This document shows, piece after piece, positions 27,511 through 40,387 of a stretch of 64,000 nt of DNA. The notes below the pieces were generated by a model. The model was not told the origin of the DNA. It did no database searches and was given only the letters and a program-made list of their open reading frames with translations. Source of the DNA: Polyangiaceae bacterium (GTDB lineage Bacteria; Myxococcota_A; Polyangia; Polyangiales; Polyangiaceae); the NCBI GenBank assembly GCA_033763455.1, contig JANRKO010000006.1:192001-256000 (forward strand). The letters are read 5' to 3'. The translations under genes and the position numbers were made by a program. The stretch's first letter is position 1. Each line of letters begins with the position of its first letter.

Positions 27511-30500
27511 ATGTTTAAAGTGAACTGCCCTGGTTGTGATGCGCCGTACCAGGTTGACGAGCGGCGAGTTCCTGAAACTGGCCTCAAGATGCGCTGCCCC
27601 AAGTGTGGCACCTCGTTTCAGGTAGATTCACCAGCGTCAGGACTGCCTACCCCTGGATCGTCGAATGCGTTGCCCGAGCCCGCCGCGCCGGGTCCCGGCA
27701 AGCGTGCGCCGAAGCCTACGATGATGGGAGTAGCTCCGGGCATCGGGATTCCGCCACCTCGCCGCCCGGCGCCTCCCAAGCCAGCGCAGGCGGCACCAAG
27801 CCCGGAGGAAGTCTACGAGGTCGCCTCTATCATGCCGGAGCCAGACGACGATCTGCCCCAGGCAGCAACCAATGTGCGAGTGCCGGCACCAGCGCGGCCC
27901 ATGGGAGGCCCACCGCCCGCGCCACCTCGAGCACCGCTCGGCCCACCCCCGCGTGCTCCCGTGGCCGTGGCTACAGCAGAGGTGCCCAAGGCACCGGCTC
28001 CGAGTGCGCGCGCGCCGGCAGGCGTGCTAGAAATAGACCTTCCTTCGCCCGTGCCGCCGGATCCAGGTTCTCCGCGCGGTAGTTTGAAGCCCGATGCCGG
28101 TGAACTTTCGTTGCCCGACTTCGAAGACGCGCCTCTTCCGGCCGTGGCGATCGAGAAGCCAAAGGTGCCCGAAAAGCTCACCAGCTTGAGGCCAACGCTC
28201 GGTGCGAGCGATGCGTTCGAACTCGATTTGCCTGTCGTGCCAGTTGCCACGTCTAAGCCAGCGGGTTCGTCCGCAGGTTTCGGTGAGCTTGACCTCGATG
28301 ATGTTCCGCTTCCCGCGGTGGTTCCAGCGCCAGGACGGTCACGGGAGGGTGAGTTGGATTTGCCGACTCACGCGGAGCGCGGCGGTCTGTCATTGGACGC
28401 GCAGCTACCATCACCCGCCGAGAATTGGCCACGGCCAGGTCTGACGCGGAGTGCCGAAGGCTTGCCATCGTTGCCGATGGACAATTCACTCCCGTCGCCG
28501 GCCCAATCACTGCCGTCTTCATTGCATTCTCTTCCGTCGCCCTTTGGAGGTCGCGCAGGTCCTCCGGCGTCGTCCCAACCGGAGCTGCCAGAAGCAGCCG
28601 ACGCGCTTCCGGATTTCGGTCAGCTACCGTCACTTTCGAATCGGCCGCCGCCGGTGGCTCAGGCAGGGCGTGCCAGCCAGCCCCAGCTGGGACCGTTCGA
28701 GAGCCAGCACGATGTTGGGCGGGCGCTCTTTGGGGACAGTGGTGAGCTTACATTCGAAAGTCAGCCACCGAGGGCGAGCCTCAGCAATCCACCATTCGGG
28801 TCGGCTCAACCCACTCGCACGGGTATGCCTTCTGCTACACCCGGTCCCGATAGCTTTGGAGAGATTTCGTTGCCCGGGGCAGAGAGCGAGCCACCCAACG
28901 CCGAGGCGCGTTCTCCTTTGGGGGCCCAGCCGGTACACGCATTGGGGGCTGGGCCGCTTGAGCTCGACACTTCTGGCAATAGCAATCGACCGCCAGCTAA
29001 TACTTCTGTGTTTTCGAGCTCGGCGGCAGCCGCACGTTCTGCACGCGTTTCGCTGGGGCCCCGCGTGACCAAAGGGGCTAACGATGCTGCTCCGGCGCCT
29101 CAGCGCAGGGCGCTGAAGGTTGCGGCCGTCATTCTGACCCCGCTATTTCTTGGTGGAGGTGCGCTAACGTTCGTGCCTGAGTTGGGGCCCTTCGGTTACT
29201 ATTTCGTTAGCGATAAGCTGAACGAGGAAGAAAATCGTGCTCTTTTGGCTTCGACTGTTAAGGCTGCGCGAGCCGCAATGGCAAGGGATACATTTTCGGA
29301 CGGCAGGCGAGCCTTCGATTTAGTAAGAGCTGCCAGAGCACAGGCGCCGCGCGAGAAGTCTTTCGTTGCATACGCGGTGTTTGTCGGCTTCATGCACAAG
29401 TTGCGTTTTGACAAGGCACCGGAGATCCAGGCAAGCGCGGAAGTATTGTTGAGCGAACTCAGCGATAGCGGCGACATCGAATACGCGGATCTGGCCCGCG
29501 CCGCAGCGGCAAGCTCGCGGGACAATCTCGCTCGGCCGCTCAACCAATTGCGCGATCTTCAGAAACGCCAACCAAACAACGTAGACGTACTCATCATGTA
29601 CGCGGAGATGGCGCTTCGCGCCCGCAAGGAGCCAGCGCTTGCTATCTCCGCCTGGGAACGGGCCCAGACTGTCGAAAAGAGCGCTCGTACGTGGTTTGGG
29701 TTGGCGCGAGCGAAACACCAAGCGGGAGATGCTAAGGGTGCAGAAGTTGCCGCTCAGCAAGCACTGAACGCGAACCCCGCGCATGCCGGTTCGAAGGTGC
29801 TCCTGGCGGAGCTGCTTTGGGAAGGGCAGGAGAAGGAGGCCCAAGCCGCGGATTGGTTAGCCTCAGTGATTGCGCCCAATTCGGGAGCCAGCACCGAAGA
29901 GATCGTGCGTGCTCACACGCTTCTCGGTGATATTCATGCTTCGCGATCCCGCATCAGCCAGGCGGAGAAGTCCTACGAAGCGGCGCTCAAGGTTAACCCA
30001 CAAGATGCTTATGCGTTGATTGGGCTTGGCAAGACTTTGCAGCAGGCTGGTCGGCACTCAGAGGCTTTGGCCCGCTTTGAAGCAAGCAATCAGGTGGATG
30101 CGGACAATCTCAAAGCACAGTTAGGGATTGCGCAGAGCAAGCTCAGCCTTGAACGCTTGGATGATGCCGAAGCCGATCTTAAAAAGCTCCGCGAGGTACA
30201 TCCTCAGGAGTTTGAGGTGGCGTATTGGTTGGGGCGAGCAGAAGACGCACTCGGGCATCGCGATGTCGCCGAAAAGAGCTATCGAGAGGCCATCCTGCTT
30301 GGAGGAGGCAAGCTCCGGGCTGCGAGCGCCTACGTAGGGTTGGTCACGCTGCTCAATCAATTGGGTCGCACAGCCGAGGCTGACCAGATGCTGAGCGAGG
30401 CTAGGAAGAGCTTGCCAGATGCTCCGGCTATCCGGCGAGCGTTCGGGGATTTGGCTTCTAGCGCGGGTAACTACGAACTGGCGCTGGCTGAGTACCGCGC

Positions 30501-31527
30501 CGCGCTCGCTCTGGATCCGAAGGATCTAGGAGCTAAGTTTGAATTGGGGGTAACTCTACGGCGGAGCCGCCGGTTTGCAGATGCCCTAAAGGTCTTCGAC
30601 GAAGTGGCAGTGGCGGACCCGGATCACCCGGGCCTGGCACTTGAACGCGGCCTTCTATTTGAGGAGTCCGGCAGTCGGGACGACGCGCTCAAAGCCTACG
30701 AACAAGCTTTGGCAAAAGCCCCAACCGATCTCGACGTGATGCTGCGGGTAGGTTGTGGTAAGGCTGCCGCAGGCCGAGGCAAAGAGGCCGTGCAGCTGCT
30801 TCGCAAGGTGCTCGAAGCGCGCCCCAATTCAGCAGAAACAAGCCACTGTATGGGGCGAGCCCTGCTCGTGGAAGGCAACAACCTAACCGATGCACAGCGC
30901 ATGCTGCAGCGGGCCGTCGAGCTGGATCCCAATCGAGCACATTACCACTTGTATGTTGGTTGGGTCGCAGCGGACGTGGGCCAAGCGGACCGAGCGCGAG
31001 CATCTTTCAACAAGGCACTGGAGCTCGACCGCGGGTTTGCTGACGCTTATTGGCGTCGAGGCATCCTGCTTGCGCGCCAGGGCGCCGTGAAGGACGCAGT
31101 CGCAGATTTCACAGAAGCACTTCGTCTGCGACCGAACCTGTATGACGTTCACGCAGAGTTGGCCGACGCGTATTACGATTTGGGCCAAGAAGCCGAAGCG
31201 TTGGCGCACTGGGGAAAGGCCGTCGAAGGTCGGCCGGATGAGCCGCTGTGGCAGTTTCGGTATGGGCGCCTACTGGTGGCTAACCGTCAGGATGCACTTG
31301 CTAAGCCACATCTCGAACGCGCCGTGGCCCTGGCTCAAAACGCAGATCCTCGCCCAAGGTGGCTCTGGGAAGCGCATCACATGTTGGCTCAAGCTCTCGG
31401 CCTAGTGCCTGCCGCCGTCGAACACTGGGAACAATTCCTGCGCTTGAGCCCTACGGACTCCCCTTATCGGCGCGAGGCCATCACAGCGCTAGAACGTTTG
31501 GGCCGCCGCTGGGACGAAGTGCCTTAA
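27511..31527 (+). CDS. MJ0042-type zinc-ribbon / Pro-rich linker / TM / TPR protein
   Basis: CPGCDAPYQV...MRCPKCGTSF at the N-terminus; Pro-rich linker of about 500 aa; TM segment (VAAVILTPLFLGGGAL); many TPRs. Confidence 0.88.
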   Translation: MFKVNCPGCDAPYQVDERRVPETGLKMRCPKCGTSFQVDSPASGLPTPGSSNALPEPAAPGPGKRAPKPTMMGVAPGIGIPPPRRPAPPKPAQAAPSPEEVYEVASIMPEPDDDLPQAATNVRVPAPARPMGGPPPAPPRAPLGPPPRAPVAVATAEVPKAPAPSARAPAGVLEIDLPSPVPPDPGSPRGSLKPDAGELSLPDFEDAPLPAVAIEKPKVPEKLTSLRPTLGASDAFELDLPVVPVATSKPAGSSAGFGELDLDDVPLPAVVPAPGRSREGELDLPTHAERGGLSLDAQLPSPAENWPRPGLTRSAEGLPSLPMDNSLPSPAQSLPSSLHSLPSPFGGRAGPPASSQPELPEAADALPDFGQLPSLSNRPPPVAQAGRASQPQLGPFESQHDVGRALFGDSGELTFESQPPRASLSNPPFGSAQPTRTGMPSATPGPDSFGEISLPGAESEPPNAEARSPLGAQPVHALGAGPLELDTSGNSNRPPANTSVFSSSAAAARSARVSLGPRVTKGANDAAPAPQRRALKVAAVILTPLFLGGGALTFVPELGPFGYYFVSDKLNEEENRALLASTVKAARAAMARDTFSDGRRAFDLVRAARAQAPREKSFVAYAVFVGFMHKLRFDKAPEIQASAEVLLSELSDSGDIEYADLARAAAASSRDNLARPLNQLRDLQKRQPNNVDVLIMYAEMALRARKEPALAISAWERAQTVEKSARTWFGLARAKHQAGDAKGAEVAAQQALNANPAHAGSKVLLAELLWEGQEKEAQAADWLASVIAPNSGASTEEIVRAHTLLGDIHASRSRISQAEKSYEAALKVNPQDAYALIGLGKTLQQAGRHSEALARFEASNQVDADNLKAQLGIAQSKLSLERLDDAEADLKKLREVHPQEFEVAYWLGRAEDALGHRDVAEKSYREAILLGGGKLRAASAYVGLVTLLNQLGRTAEADQMLSEARKSLPDAPAIRRAFGDLASSAGNYELALAEYRAALALDPKDLGAKFELGVTLRRSRRFADALKVFDEVAVADPDHPGLALERGLLFEESGSRDDALKAYEQALAKAPTDLDVMLRVGCGKAAAGRGKEAVQLLRKVLEARPNSAETSHCMGRALLVEGNNLTDAQRMLQRAVELDPNRAHYHLYVGWVAADVGQADRARASFNKALELDRGFADAYWRRGILLARQGAVKDAVADFTEALRLRPNLYDVHAELADAYYDLGQEAEALAHWGKAVEGRPDEPLWQFRYGRLLVANRQDALAKPHLERAVALAQNADPRPRWLWEAHHMLAQALGLVPAAVEHWEQFLRLSPTDSPYRREAITALERLGRRWDEVP

Positions 31528-31597
31528 GGCGCCGTACCAATCCGTTTTGCGGCAGATAAAAACGAAACGGTAGCCGAGCAGCGGCTTCTCGGCAGAA

Positions 31598-31644
31598 GCA
31601 GAAAAGAAACCGGGCCCCCGATCAGAGGAGCCCGGTTTTTCTGC
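31598..31644. terminator. Bidirectional intrinsic terminator
   Basis: GCAGAAAAGAAACCGGGC ... GCCCGGTTTTTCTGC between convergent genes, with A- and T-tracts. Confidence 0.75.
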
Positions 31645-31703
31645 GTCGGTGCCTAGCCAACGACGCCCCAGCGCTGCCGTCGCAGCTGCGGCCAACTGCG
31701 CAC

Positions 31704-32126
31704 TTAGCCTGCAGCAGGCGCGGCTTCTACGGGTGCGGGTGCCGTTCCGGGCTGGAAATCCCACACGAACGTCCCTTCACCATCGCGCTTGTCCGGCGGA
31801 TCCAAGACCAGGCCATTGAGCGACTTTACGACACATTCGCCAAGTGCTGCCGGCGCACTTGTCTGATCCGCGGCTATCGCGGCGTTTACAATCTTGCCTG
31901 TCTCTTTCTCCACCTTGAATTTTACTGCCACGATCCCCTTGGCTCCCGGGTCTGCCTTGAGGGCGGCGTCGTAACAGGTTTTGACATCTGCTTGGCGTTG
32001 CTCAAGCACGGCGCGGGTATCCTTGCGGTAGTCGTCCGGACCACGCGCAATGAAGGTACAGCCCAGGGCACCCGTGGCCAGGGCGAAAAATGCTAAATGA
32101 ATTGCTGCTTTCGTCATCACAAACAC
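31704..32126 (-). CDS. Lipoprotein with AgmX/PglI-like (TonB_C-like) domain
   Basis: Lipobox ALGC; VKTCYDAALKADPGAKG.VAVKFKV...GKIV...LGECVV, a Cys pair typical of this domain. Confidence 0.75.
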   Translation of the reverse strand: MFVMTKAAIHLAFFALATGALGCTFIARGPDDYRKDTRAVLEQRQADVKTCYDAALKADPGAKGIVAVKFKVEKETGKIVNAAIAADQTSAPAALGECVVKSLNGLVLDPPDKRDGEGTFVWDFQPGTAPAPVEAAPAAG

Positions 32127-32151
32127 TCCAATAAGAGGTGAGAATCTACGG

Positions 32152-32841
32152 CTATTTCATCATCTTGGGGTTGGGCTTGGGTGCGTCTGCCTTCGGGGCT
32201 TCAGCCTTTTCGGTCGATTTGCTGACCTCTACGACTTTCTCTTTCCCATCGGGCCCCACTTCGACTTTCTTGGTGGTCACTTCCTGCTCCAAGACGATGA
32301 ACTCGACGCGGCGGTTCTTTTCCTTACCTTCGTCGGTGTCGTTCGACGCGATGGGCTTTTCGGCGCCGTAGCCCTTGGCCGTCAAACGGGAGGCCTCGAT
32401 TCCCTTGCCCGTGAGATACGCAAGCACCGCTTTGGCTCGCGCATCGGAGAGCTTCTTATTGTACCCGGCATCCCCTTCAGCGCTCGCGTGCCCTTCGATC
32501 GAAAGCTTCTTAATCTGAGGGTTCTTTTTGATCACGTCCGCGATCTCATCCAGCAGGCTGAAGGAAACTTTCTGGATGGTCGAAGCGTTGTGATCGAATT
32601 GGATTTTTTCTTTGATCTCAATCTTGTCCGCACGGAGCTCAACGCGAGGCGGCGGGGCGGGCGGCGCTTCCACTTTGGGTGGCGGAGGGGCCGGCGGGGC
32701 TGGAGGTGTGCCGGCAATCGCAATTGCCGACTGATCTTGAAAAACAATGGAACCACCGCATGCCGACGTGCCGAGCGCCGCAACCAATGCGATGCTGCCA
32801 AGTACGGGAACGCGGCCTAATTTGAAGCTATTTGCCTGCAT
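32152..32841 (-). CDS. OmpA/Pal-family peptidoglycan-binding lipoprotein
   Basis: GGAG RBS before ATG 32841; lipobox TSAC; IQFDHN, IEGHASAEG...NKKLSDARAKAV, GYGAEKPIASNDT..G..KNRRVEF. Confidence 0.92.
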   Translation of the reverse strand: MQANSFKLGRVPVLGSIALVAALGTSACGGSIVFQDQSAIAIAGTPPAPPAPPPPKVEAPPAPPPRVELRADKIEIKEKIQFDHNASTIQKVSFSLLDEIADVIKKNPQIKKLSIEGHASAEGDAGYNKKLSDARAKAVLAYLTGKGIEASRLTAKGYGAEKPIASNDTDEGKEKNRRVEFIVLEQEVTTKKVEVGPDGKEKVVEVSKSTEKAEAPKADAPKPNPKMMK

Positions 32842-32999
32842 GGATTTCTCCCTAAACCAATGAAAAGAACTTCCCTCAAGGACCGCCATAGTAGTCCTCC
32901 TCAAGGGCTTGGGGTCAACCCCGGGAATCGCCCGGAAACGCCTCAAGGTCACTAATCGGCCTTGCGGCCAATCACGGCTCTCTCGTCCACGCCTTGGCG

Positions 33000-34907
33000 T
33001 TAGCCACCGTCGATGAAGCTCTTGAGTTGTTTTGAGCGGCTGGGGTGGCGCAGCTTTCGGAGGGCCTTGGCCTCAATTTGACGAATCCGCTCACGGGTGA
33101 CCTCGAAGTCTTGCCCCACCTCTTCGAGTGTGTGGTCGCTTTTTTCACCGATCCCGAAACGCATCCGCAACACTTTCTCCTCGCGCGGCGTCAGACTGTT
33201 GAGCACCCGACGGGTTTGGTCGCTGAGGTTGGCATTCATCACCGCCTCGGATGGGTTGACGGCATTCTTGTCTTCTATGAAGTCCCCTAAATGGCTGTCT
33301 TCTTCTTCTCCGATAGGGGTTTCTAGGCTAATGGGTTCTTTGGCGATCTTCAGAACCTTGCGCACCTTATCCAGCGGCAATTCCATCTTGTCCGCTATTT
33401 CCTCGGGCGTCGGTTCACGTCCGTACTCCTGCACCAAGGCGCGTGAGGTTCGCACGAGCTTGTTGATCGTTTCGATCATGTGCACGGGGATGCGGATGGT
33501 ACGAGCTTGGTCGGCGATGGCGCGGGTGATCGCCTGCCGAATCCACCAGGTGGCATACGTGCTGAATTTGTAGCCGCGGCGATACTCGAACTTGTCCACG
33601 GCTTTCATGAGGCCAATGTTTCCCTCTTGGATCAGGTCCAAGAACTGGAGGCCACGGTTGGTGTATTTCTTGGCTATCGAAACGACCAATCGCAGGTTCG
33701 CCTCGATCAGTTCGGCCTTCGCTCGCTCGGCGCGCCGTTCGCCCGCGCGGATGGTGTTGTACACAATGAGCAGCTCAGGCACGTCCACCTGGAGCTCTTC
33801 TTCGACGACTTTTACGCTCTTTTGGGCGCGCTTGAGCGCCTCGCTCACGTCGCTGAGGTCACCCGTCTGAAGTCCGAGCTTCTCGGCAAGAGCGCGTTCC
33901 GCTTCCGGATCGTCCTTGGCCTCTCGCAGCATCTTTTTGATTTCAGTCTGGCTGGCACCTGAATGCTGTTGAAGCTCAAAGGCTTTGCCCTCCGCGCGGT
34001 GCACCTTGTCTATGATGACCTTCAGCTTGCCGACAATCTTGTCGATGGTCTTCTTGTTGAGCCTCAGCTCCTGCATCGTCGTCACGAGCTCAGCCTTGTT
34101 GTCGTTCAGATCTTTGTCGATCTCGCGACGGCGCGCTTCAGTCGTCGTCTTTCTCTCAACATTTAGCTCTAGCGCACGCTTTTCGAAGCGCCGCACTTTG
34201 TCGATCAGTTTGAAGATGCGCTTTTCGGCTTCTTCCTCATTGAATTCGCGCTCCTCGTCGTCGCCATCTTTGACGATGTCTTTGGCGCGAAGTTTCTTGT
34301 TCTTGAGGCGTTCCCCGATCTCGATAATCTCGCGAACTGCAATCGGGCTCGATAATATCGAGGCCAGGATCACATTTTCGCCCTCCTCAATACGCTTGGC
34401 GATGGTTACTTCGCCTTCACGCGTGAGTAGCGCAACGCTACCCATTTTGCGCAGGTACATGCGCACGGGGTCGTTGCTCCTGTAGACTTCTTCTTCCGAG
34501 AGCTTGCCGGCTCTGGAGGCGAGGCTGAGAGGTTTGCTAGTGGACTTCACCTTCACCTTCGCGGCGCGTTCAGCCGCGACCTTTTGGGGCGGAGCCTTGG
34601 GCGGGTTCGTCGAATCGAGCACTTCGATGTCCTCGTCGCCAAGCGCCGAGAGCAAATCGTCCATTTGGTCAGGGCTCAAGTCCTCCGCGGGCAAAGCGCT
34701 AGCTACGTCGTCGTAGGTGAGGAAGCCTTTTACCTTGCCAAGGCTGATCAGATCGCGCCGGGCTCGCTCTTGCTTTTGCTCGTCGACCTGCCTCTTGTTT
34801 GAAGCAGGCGGGCTAGTTGGAGAAGCCGCGGCTTTGGGTTGCCGATTGCCGTTTGAGTTGGCTGCCATGCGCTCGGGCGGTTTTTTGGATCCCACGCTAC
34901 CTCTCAA
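33000..34907 (-). CDS. rpoD: Primary RNA polymerase sigma factor
   Basis: Region 1.1 ([12 protein letters not shown]), [85 protein letters not shown], region 4 HTH. Start at 34907 or 34868. Confidence 0.98.
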   Translation of the reverse strand: MRGSVGSKKPPERMAANSNGNRQPKAAASPTSPPASNKRQVDEQKQERARRDLISLGKVKGFLTYDDVASALPAEDLSPDQMDDLLSALGDEDIEVLDSTNPPKAPPQKVAAERAAKVKVKSTSKPLSLASRAGKLSEEEVYRSNDPVRMYLRKMGSVALLTREGEVTIAKRIEEGENVILASILSSPIAVREIIEIGERLKNKKLRAKDIVKDGDDEEREFNEEEAEKRIFKLIDKVRRFEKRALELNVERKTTTEARRREIDKDLNDNKAELVTTMQELRLNKKTIDKIVGKLKVIIDKVHRAEGKAFELQQHSGASQTEIKKMLREAKDDPEAERALAEKLGLQTGDLSDVSEALKRAQKSVKVVEEELQVDVPELLIVYNTIRAGERRAERAKAELIEANLRLVVSIAKKYTNRGLQFLDLIQEGNIGLMKAVDKFEYRRGYKFSTYATWWIRQAITRAIADQARTIRIPVHMIETINKLVRTSRALVQEYGREPTPEEIADKMELPLDKVRKVLKIAKEPISLETPIGEEEDSHLGDFIEDKNAVNPSEAVMNANLSDQTRRVLNSLTPREEKVLRMRFGIGEKSDHTLEEVGQDFEVTRERIRQIEAKALRKLRHPSRSKQLKSFIDGG

Positions 34908-36810
34908 TCAAGCCGTGACGTGCCTTAGCGCGTCGCATTTGTTCGCCCAAAAGCAGAAGCTCTTGTTCAAAGTCCCCTGACTTTGCCGCTCTCTCGATTT
35001 CCTCGACAGTTTCATTTGTCTGCCGGGCCATCTCCAGACGCTTAAGCTTGTCCATGTTGCCAACGAGTTCCGTGCGGGCGTCCTCCAGGCGGGAATGTCG
35101 GGGGGCCGTCAGCCGGGCGAGGGCGAATGGATGGATCGAGCTTGGCAGCTTCGCAAGCACTAGTTCTACCGAAGTTCGCTCGAAATTGGTGTCAGTTTGA
35201 CGCAGTGCGGCAACCGCGACGGCCAAATCTCCAGCGAGAAGGGAAACCCCAGCTTCGAGCTCGTCGCTCACCAGAAGCTCTGGGTAGTCGAGCAGCGCGC
35301 CCAAAATCTCTAGTTCCACCTGCGCTCTTTGGTCCCGGCTTCTCGCGGTGGATGGAGGCGCGACCACCTTGGATGCGGGAGCCATTTCCTTTCGGCCGCC
35401 GGGCTGACTCAGACCCTGACGGACGGCGGCGGCAAGAGCTCTGAAGGTTCGTACATCGTGCACGCCCAAACGTGCCGCGATTCGGTCGGCATGTTGTTCA
35501 GCCATGCTCCGTATGGTGGGGTCCTTTTCGGATCGCAAGATCTCCACCACCTGGCGGATCTTCTCGGCGCGGGCTCGTGCGTCGTTCTGCGCAAAGCCTC
35601 CGTCGAGGGCAGTATCGATGAGGTATTCAATCATACCTCGAGCCGAAGCGATGAGTCGGGCAAGGGCCTCTGCGCCGCGCTCGCGGCTGAAATCATCTGG
35701 ATCGGTGCCGCTCGGAAGCTCCGCCACTCGAGCTTCGAGCTCGACTTCACTACAGGTTTCCCGCGCTGCTTGGGCGGCGCGTTTTCCTGCACTATCGCCA
35801 TCGAAGAGCAGCGTTACGCGCGAACAAAATCGGCGGATCTGGCGGGCCTGTTCCACGGTGAATGCGGTACCAAGCGGAGCTACGGCGTTGTCGATGCCAC
35901 GCGCGTGCAAGCTCATGACGTCGAAGTTCCCCTCTACCAGGACGCAATTCTCAGTGCGGCGAATGCCCTGGCGTGCCTGATACAGGCCGAACACCACGTC
36001 ACGTTTGCGGTAGATTAGAGATTCGGGTGAATTGATGTATTTGGCGGGGGCTTCTCCCGGCTTCTGGGGAGGAAGGGGAGGTAGCCCCAGGCGCGCGATC
36101 TCCTCGGGGCTCGGATCGGGAAGGGCCCGACCACTAAAGCCGACAACTGCGCCGTTTAAGTCCACAACCGCAAACATCAGGCGGTGGCGAAACCGGTCAT
36201 AATATCCCGGCCCTGCTTTACGTTCCTGCACCAGGCCCACGCTCTCGGCGCTGTGCAAGTTGTACTCGAATTTTCGCAGGTGCTGGCTTAAACCCTCCCA
36301 GCCGTAGGGGGCGTAGCCGATGCGAAAAGACTCGAGGGCGTTGCGGGTGGCTTCAGGCCCATTGAGGTCAAGCTTGCGACGAATGAGCTCTTCTCGTGCG
36401 TAGCTAGCGAGCGGGTGTGAGAGCAGTTCCTTTTCGAAGTACTTGGCGGCCGCGGCGTTTACGTCGAGTAGCTCCTGCCGTTTGCGCTTCCGTTCGCGTT
36501 CCTCGGGGGATTCGCGCTCGCTCTCAATGATCTGGATCCCGGCGCGCTCCGCGAGATAACGAATCGCTTCAACAAAGCTGAGGCCCATCGCCTGCTGACA
36601 GAATTTAAAAACGTCGCCTGACTCAGCGCAGCCGAAGCAATGGTAGAAGCCTCGCTCTTCAGAGACGTGAAAGCTTGGGCTCTTCTCCTTATGAAAAGGG
36701 CACAGCCCAACGTGGCTTCTTCCCCGACGCTCGAGCTTGACCGATTCACCGATGAGCTTGGCGATGGAGGTCTGCGCCCGAACGCGGTCAATGGTCTCTT
36801 GGCCGATCAC
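34897..36810 (-). CDS. dnaG: DNA primase
   Basis: [11 protein letters not shown]...HCFGC zinc finger, [16 protein letters not shown], Toprim VEGNFDV and [12 protein letters not shown]. Confidence 0.97.
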   Translation of the reverse strand: MIGQETIDRVRAQTSIAKLIGESVKLERRGRSHVGLCPFHKEKSPSFHVSEERGFYHCFGCAESGDVFKFCQQAMGLSFVEAIRYLAERAGIQIIESERESPEERERKRKRQELLDVNAAAAKYFEKELLSHPLASYAREELIRRKLDLNGPEATRNALESFRIGYAPYGWEGLSQHLRKFEYNLHSAESVGLVQERKAGPGYYDRFRHRLMFAVVDLNGAVVGFSGRALPDPSPEEIARLGLPPLPPQKPGEAPAKYINSPESLIYRKRDVVFGLYQARQGIRRTENCVLVEGNFDVMSLHARGIDNAVAPLGTAFTVEQARQIRRFCSRVTLLFDGDSAGKRAAQAARETCSEVELEARVAELPSGTDPDDFSRERGAEALARLIASARGMIEYLIDTALDGGFAQNDARARAEKIRQVVEILRSEKDPTIRSMAEQHADRIAARLGVHDVRTFRALAAAVRQGLSQPGGRKEMAPASKVVAPPSTARSRDQRAQVELEILGALLDYPELLVSDELEAGVSLLAGDLAVAVAALRQTDTNFERTSVELVLAKLPSSIHPFALARLTAPRHSRLEDARTELVGNMDKLKRLEMARQTNETVEEIERAAKSGDFEQELLLLGEQMRRAKARHGLIER

Positions 36811-36992
36811 CCGAGTCCGACTGATACCCCGCCTCCGCCGCTCGTGCCAGCCGGTGGTGAAGCCCCGAAAGTGCCCTAGTGGGGTTGAGCCCCACGTGTC
36901 TGTGTGGGTTCAGAGAAAAGCGCCGTATTTTCGACTCTGAGCGTGGGGCACCCATCCCCCAGGGACTTACTGGAAGTTTCTCTCAGTAAGCG

Positions 36993-37021
36993 TTGGCAGG
37001 TCAGGGCTCGCATGGTAAAGG
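36993..37021 (+). promoter_or_regulatory. Candidate sigma70-type promoter for atpD
   Basis: TTGGCA-N17-TAAAGG with TG extension; inverted repeat CTTACTG/CAGTAAG (36966-36990) just upstream. Confidence 0.35.
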
Positions 37022-37077
37022 CCGCCGCGAACTTCGCTTTGGCAAGTAGTTTTCACTGACACCGCAGACACGACTGA

Positions 37078-38535
<1,458 letters not shown>

Positions 38536-38555
38536 AGCCGGACTCAAGGACCAGC

Positions 38556-39062
38556 ATGGCCGACAGCATCAACCTTCAGATCGTCACTCCCGATGGGGTT
38601 AAGTTGAGCGCGCACGTCAGTGAGCTCACCGCGCCGAGTGTGGACGGTGAGTTTGGCGTGTTGCCTGGCCATCGTCCTTTGTTGGCAGCGCTTCGCACCG
38701 GGATTGTCAGCTATCGTGAAGCTGGCGGTGAGCAGCGGGTCGCGGTGGGCGGTGGATTTGTTCAAATCGCTGGGGATGTGGCCCGCCTCCTGACGGACAA
38801 CTTCGTCACGAAAGACGAAGTGGACGTGGTGCGCTCCCGCCTCGAACTAAAAGAAGCAGACGAAGCTTTGGATCACTTCACTGGCGACCCAAAGGACCCG
38901 AGCTACACGGCGTTGGTACAGAAGGAGCTTTGGGCCGCCACCAAGCTTGAGCTCTACGGGGATCCCCCGCCTCCCACGATTCGCGCCGCCGAGCACGAGT
39001 TAGTGGCCAGCACTGAGAACTACCGCCACCTTGCGGACCCGGGCGAAGCGCCCGACGCCTAA
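38556..39062 (+). CDS. atpC: F1 ATP synthase epsilon subunit
   Basis: LQIVTPDG, GEFGVLPGHRPLL, AVGGGFVQI; directly follows atpD. Confidence 0.93.
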   Translation: MADSINLQIVTPDGVKLSAHVSELTAPSVDGEFGVLPGHRPLLAALRTGIVSYREAGGEQRVAVGGGFVQIAGDVARLLTDNFVTKDEVDVVRSRLELKEADEALDHFTGDPKDPSYTALVQKELWAATKLELYGDPPPPTIRAAEHELVASTENYRHLADPGEAPDA

Positions 39063-39074
39063 GCCCGAGGAAAG

Positions 39075-39944
39075 TTGCCGGACGAGACTTCGCCAGCCAA
39101 ACGAACTCGTTCGGGCAGCCCCCGAGCGCTCCTGGAGGGCCACGGCCTCCACGCCAAACGGCAGTTTGGCCAGAACTTTCTGAGCGATCCGGAGCTCTGC
39201 GCTCGCATCGCACTTTCCGCAACCGGGCCTCTCCGCGCGGCTACGGTGCTTGAGATCGGCGCGGGCCTCGGGGCCCTTACTGGCCCACTCTTGGAACGCT
39301 CGGAGCGAGTCCTAGCACTTGAAAAAGATCGAGAGCTCATCCCACTGTTAGGTGAAATTTTCGCGAGCGAAGTGGCCGAAGGCAGGTTGAACATCGAGGA
39401 GGCGGACATTCGCGATGTGGATCTCTCGCAGAAATTCGCCGACACGGCTCGACCGCGCATCGTGGCGGGCAACTTACCCTATCTCATCACGGGGCCCATC
39501 TTGCGTGCGCTGTGCGCGCTCGGCCGTGAGATAGATCGAGCCTGCGTGATGGTACAGCTGGAGGTGGCCGAGAGGCTGACCGCCAAGCCGGGGAGTGAAG
39601 CGTATGGGGCGTTGACTGTGTTTGTGCAGGCCCAGTTCATTGCCCAGAAGGCTTTCGTTATCCGAAAAGGTGCATTTTTCCCAAGCCCGAAGGTGGATTC
39701 GGCGGTGGTCGTGCTCCAGCCACACCCAACACCCGTCGCTGAAGAAACTCCGCAGTTTCAGCGAGTTGTGCAGGCCGCGTTCCAACAACGCCGCAAGAAA
39801 TTGCGTACCGCCTGGGGCCAGTTGGTACACTCCCCGGAGATCCTGGCTCAGGCCGCGAGCCGGGCGGAAATTGACCTGAATTTGCGCGGCGAAGTGCTTT
39901 CAGTGCAACAGTTTGCCCGCATGGCGGAAGAACTTACAAAATGA
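39075..39944 (+). CDS. rsmA: 16S rRNA dimethyladenosine transferase
   Basis: KRQFGQNFL, LEIGAGLGALT, GNLPYLITGPI, MVQLEVAERL, FFPSPKVDSAVV, AFQQRRKKL. Confidence 0.96.
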   Translation: MPDETSPAKRTRSGSPRALLEGHGLHAKRQFGQNFLSDPELCARIALSATGPLRAATVLEIGAGLGALTGPLLERSERVLALEKDRELIPLLGEIFASEVAEGRLNIEEADIRDVDLSQKFADTARPRIVAGNLPYLITGPILRALCALGREIDRACVMVQLEVAERLTAKPGSEAYGALTVFVQAQFIAQKAFVIRKGAFFPSPKVDSAVVVLQPHPTPVAEETPQFQRVVQAAFQQRRKKLRTAWGQLVHSPEILAQAASRAEIDLNLRGEVLSVQQFARMAEELTK

Positions 39945-40387
39945 ACCGAACGTATGGCTTGCTGGTTACTGGCATGCTCCTCGGGTGTTCCACGGCCTCC
40001 AGCGTTCCGGAAGCCGAGTTGGGCGTCTTCTACGGCGGGCAGATCCAAGAGCTCCGTAGGGTTCCGCTTTCAGATCAGCCAGGTAAAGATCGCTATGGGT
40101 TTCAGGTTCACCTCGGAGCACCTGTCGCCGCGACCACACCCGTAACCTGGGAGATCGCTCGGCCCGCGCGCTACGAGGCGGGCAAGTGGGTGCCCGCACA
40201 AACGGAAGTCGGGCACGAGGACCTTTCTGCCGGTGAAAGTCAATTCTCCAAAGTGTTTTCGTTTCAGCCAGGAGCAGCGCTTGGAACCTGGAACTTCCGA
40301 GTTCTCGTGGGGCGTCGTTTGGTGCTGGATCGTGCGCTTGAAATTTACGATCCGTTAGCCCGACCGAAGGTCTCACGGAAGGGTTGA
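39941..40387 (+). CDS. Putative lipoprotein, unknown function
   Basis: ATGA overlap with rsmA; lipobox LLGC; beta-rich. Confidence 0.65.
   Translation: MNRTYGLLVTGMLLGCSTASSVPEAELGVFYGGQIQELRRVPLSDQPGKDRYGFQVHLGAPVAATTPVTWEIARPARYEAGKWVPAQTEVGHEDLSAGESQFSKVFSFQPGAALGTWNFRVLVGRRLVLDRALEIYDPLARPKVSRKG

Noticed and set aside
32842..32952. Upstream extension of the OmpA protein
   Set aside because: The RBS and signal peptide point to ATG 32841.
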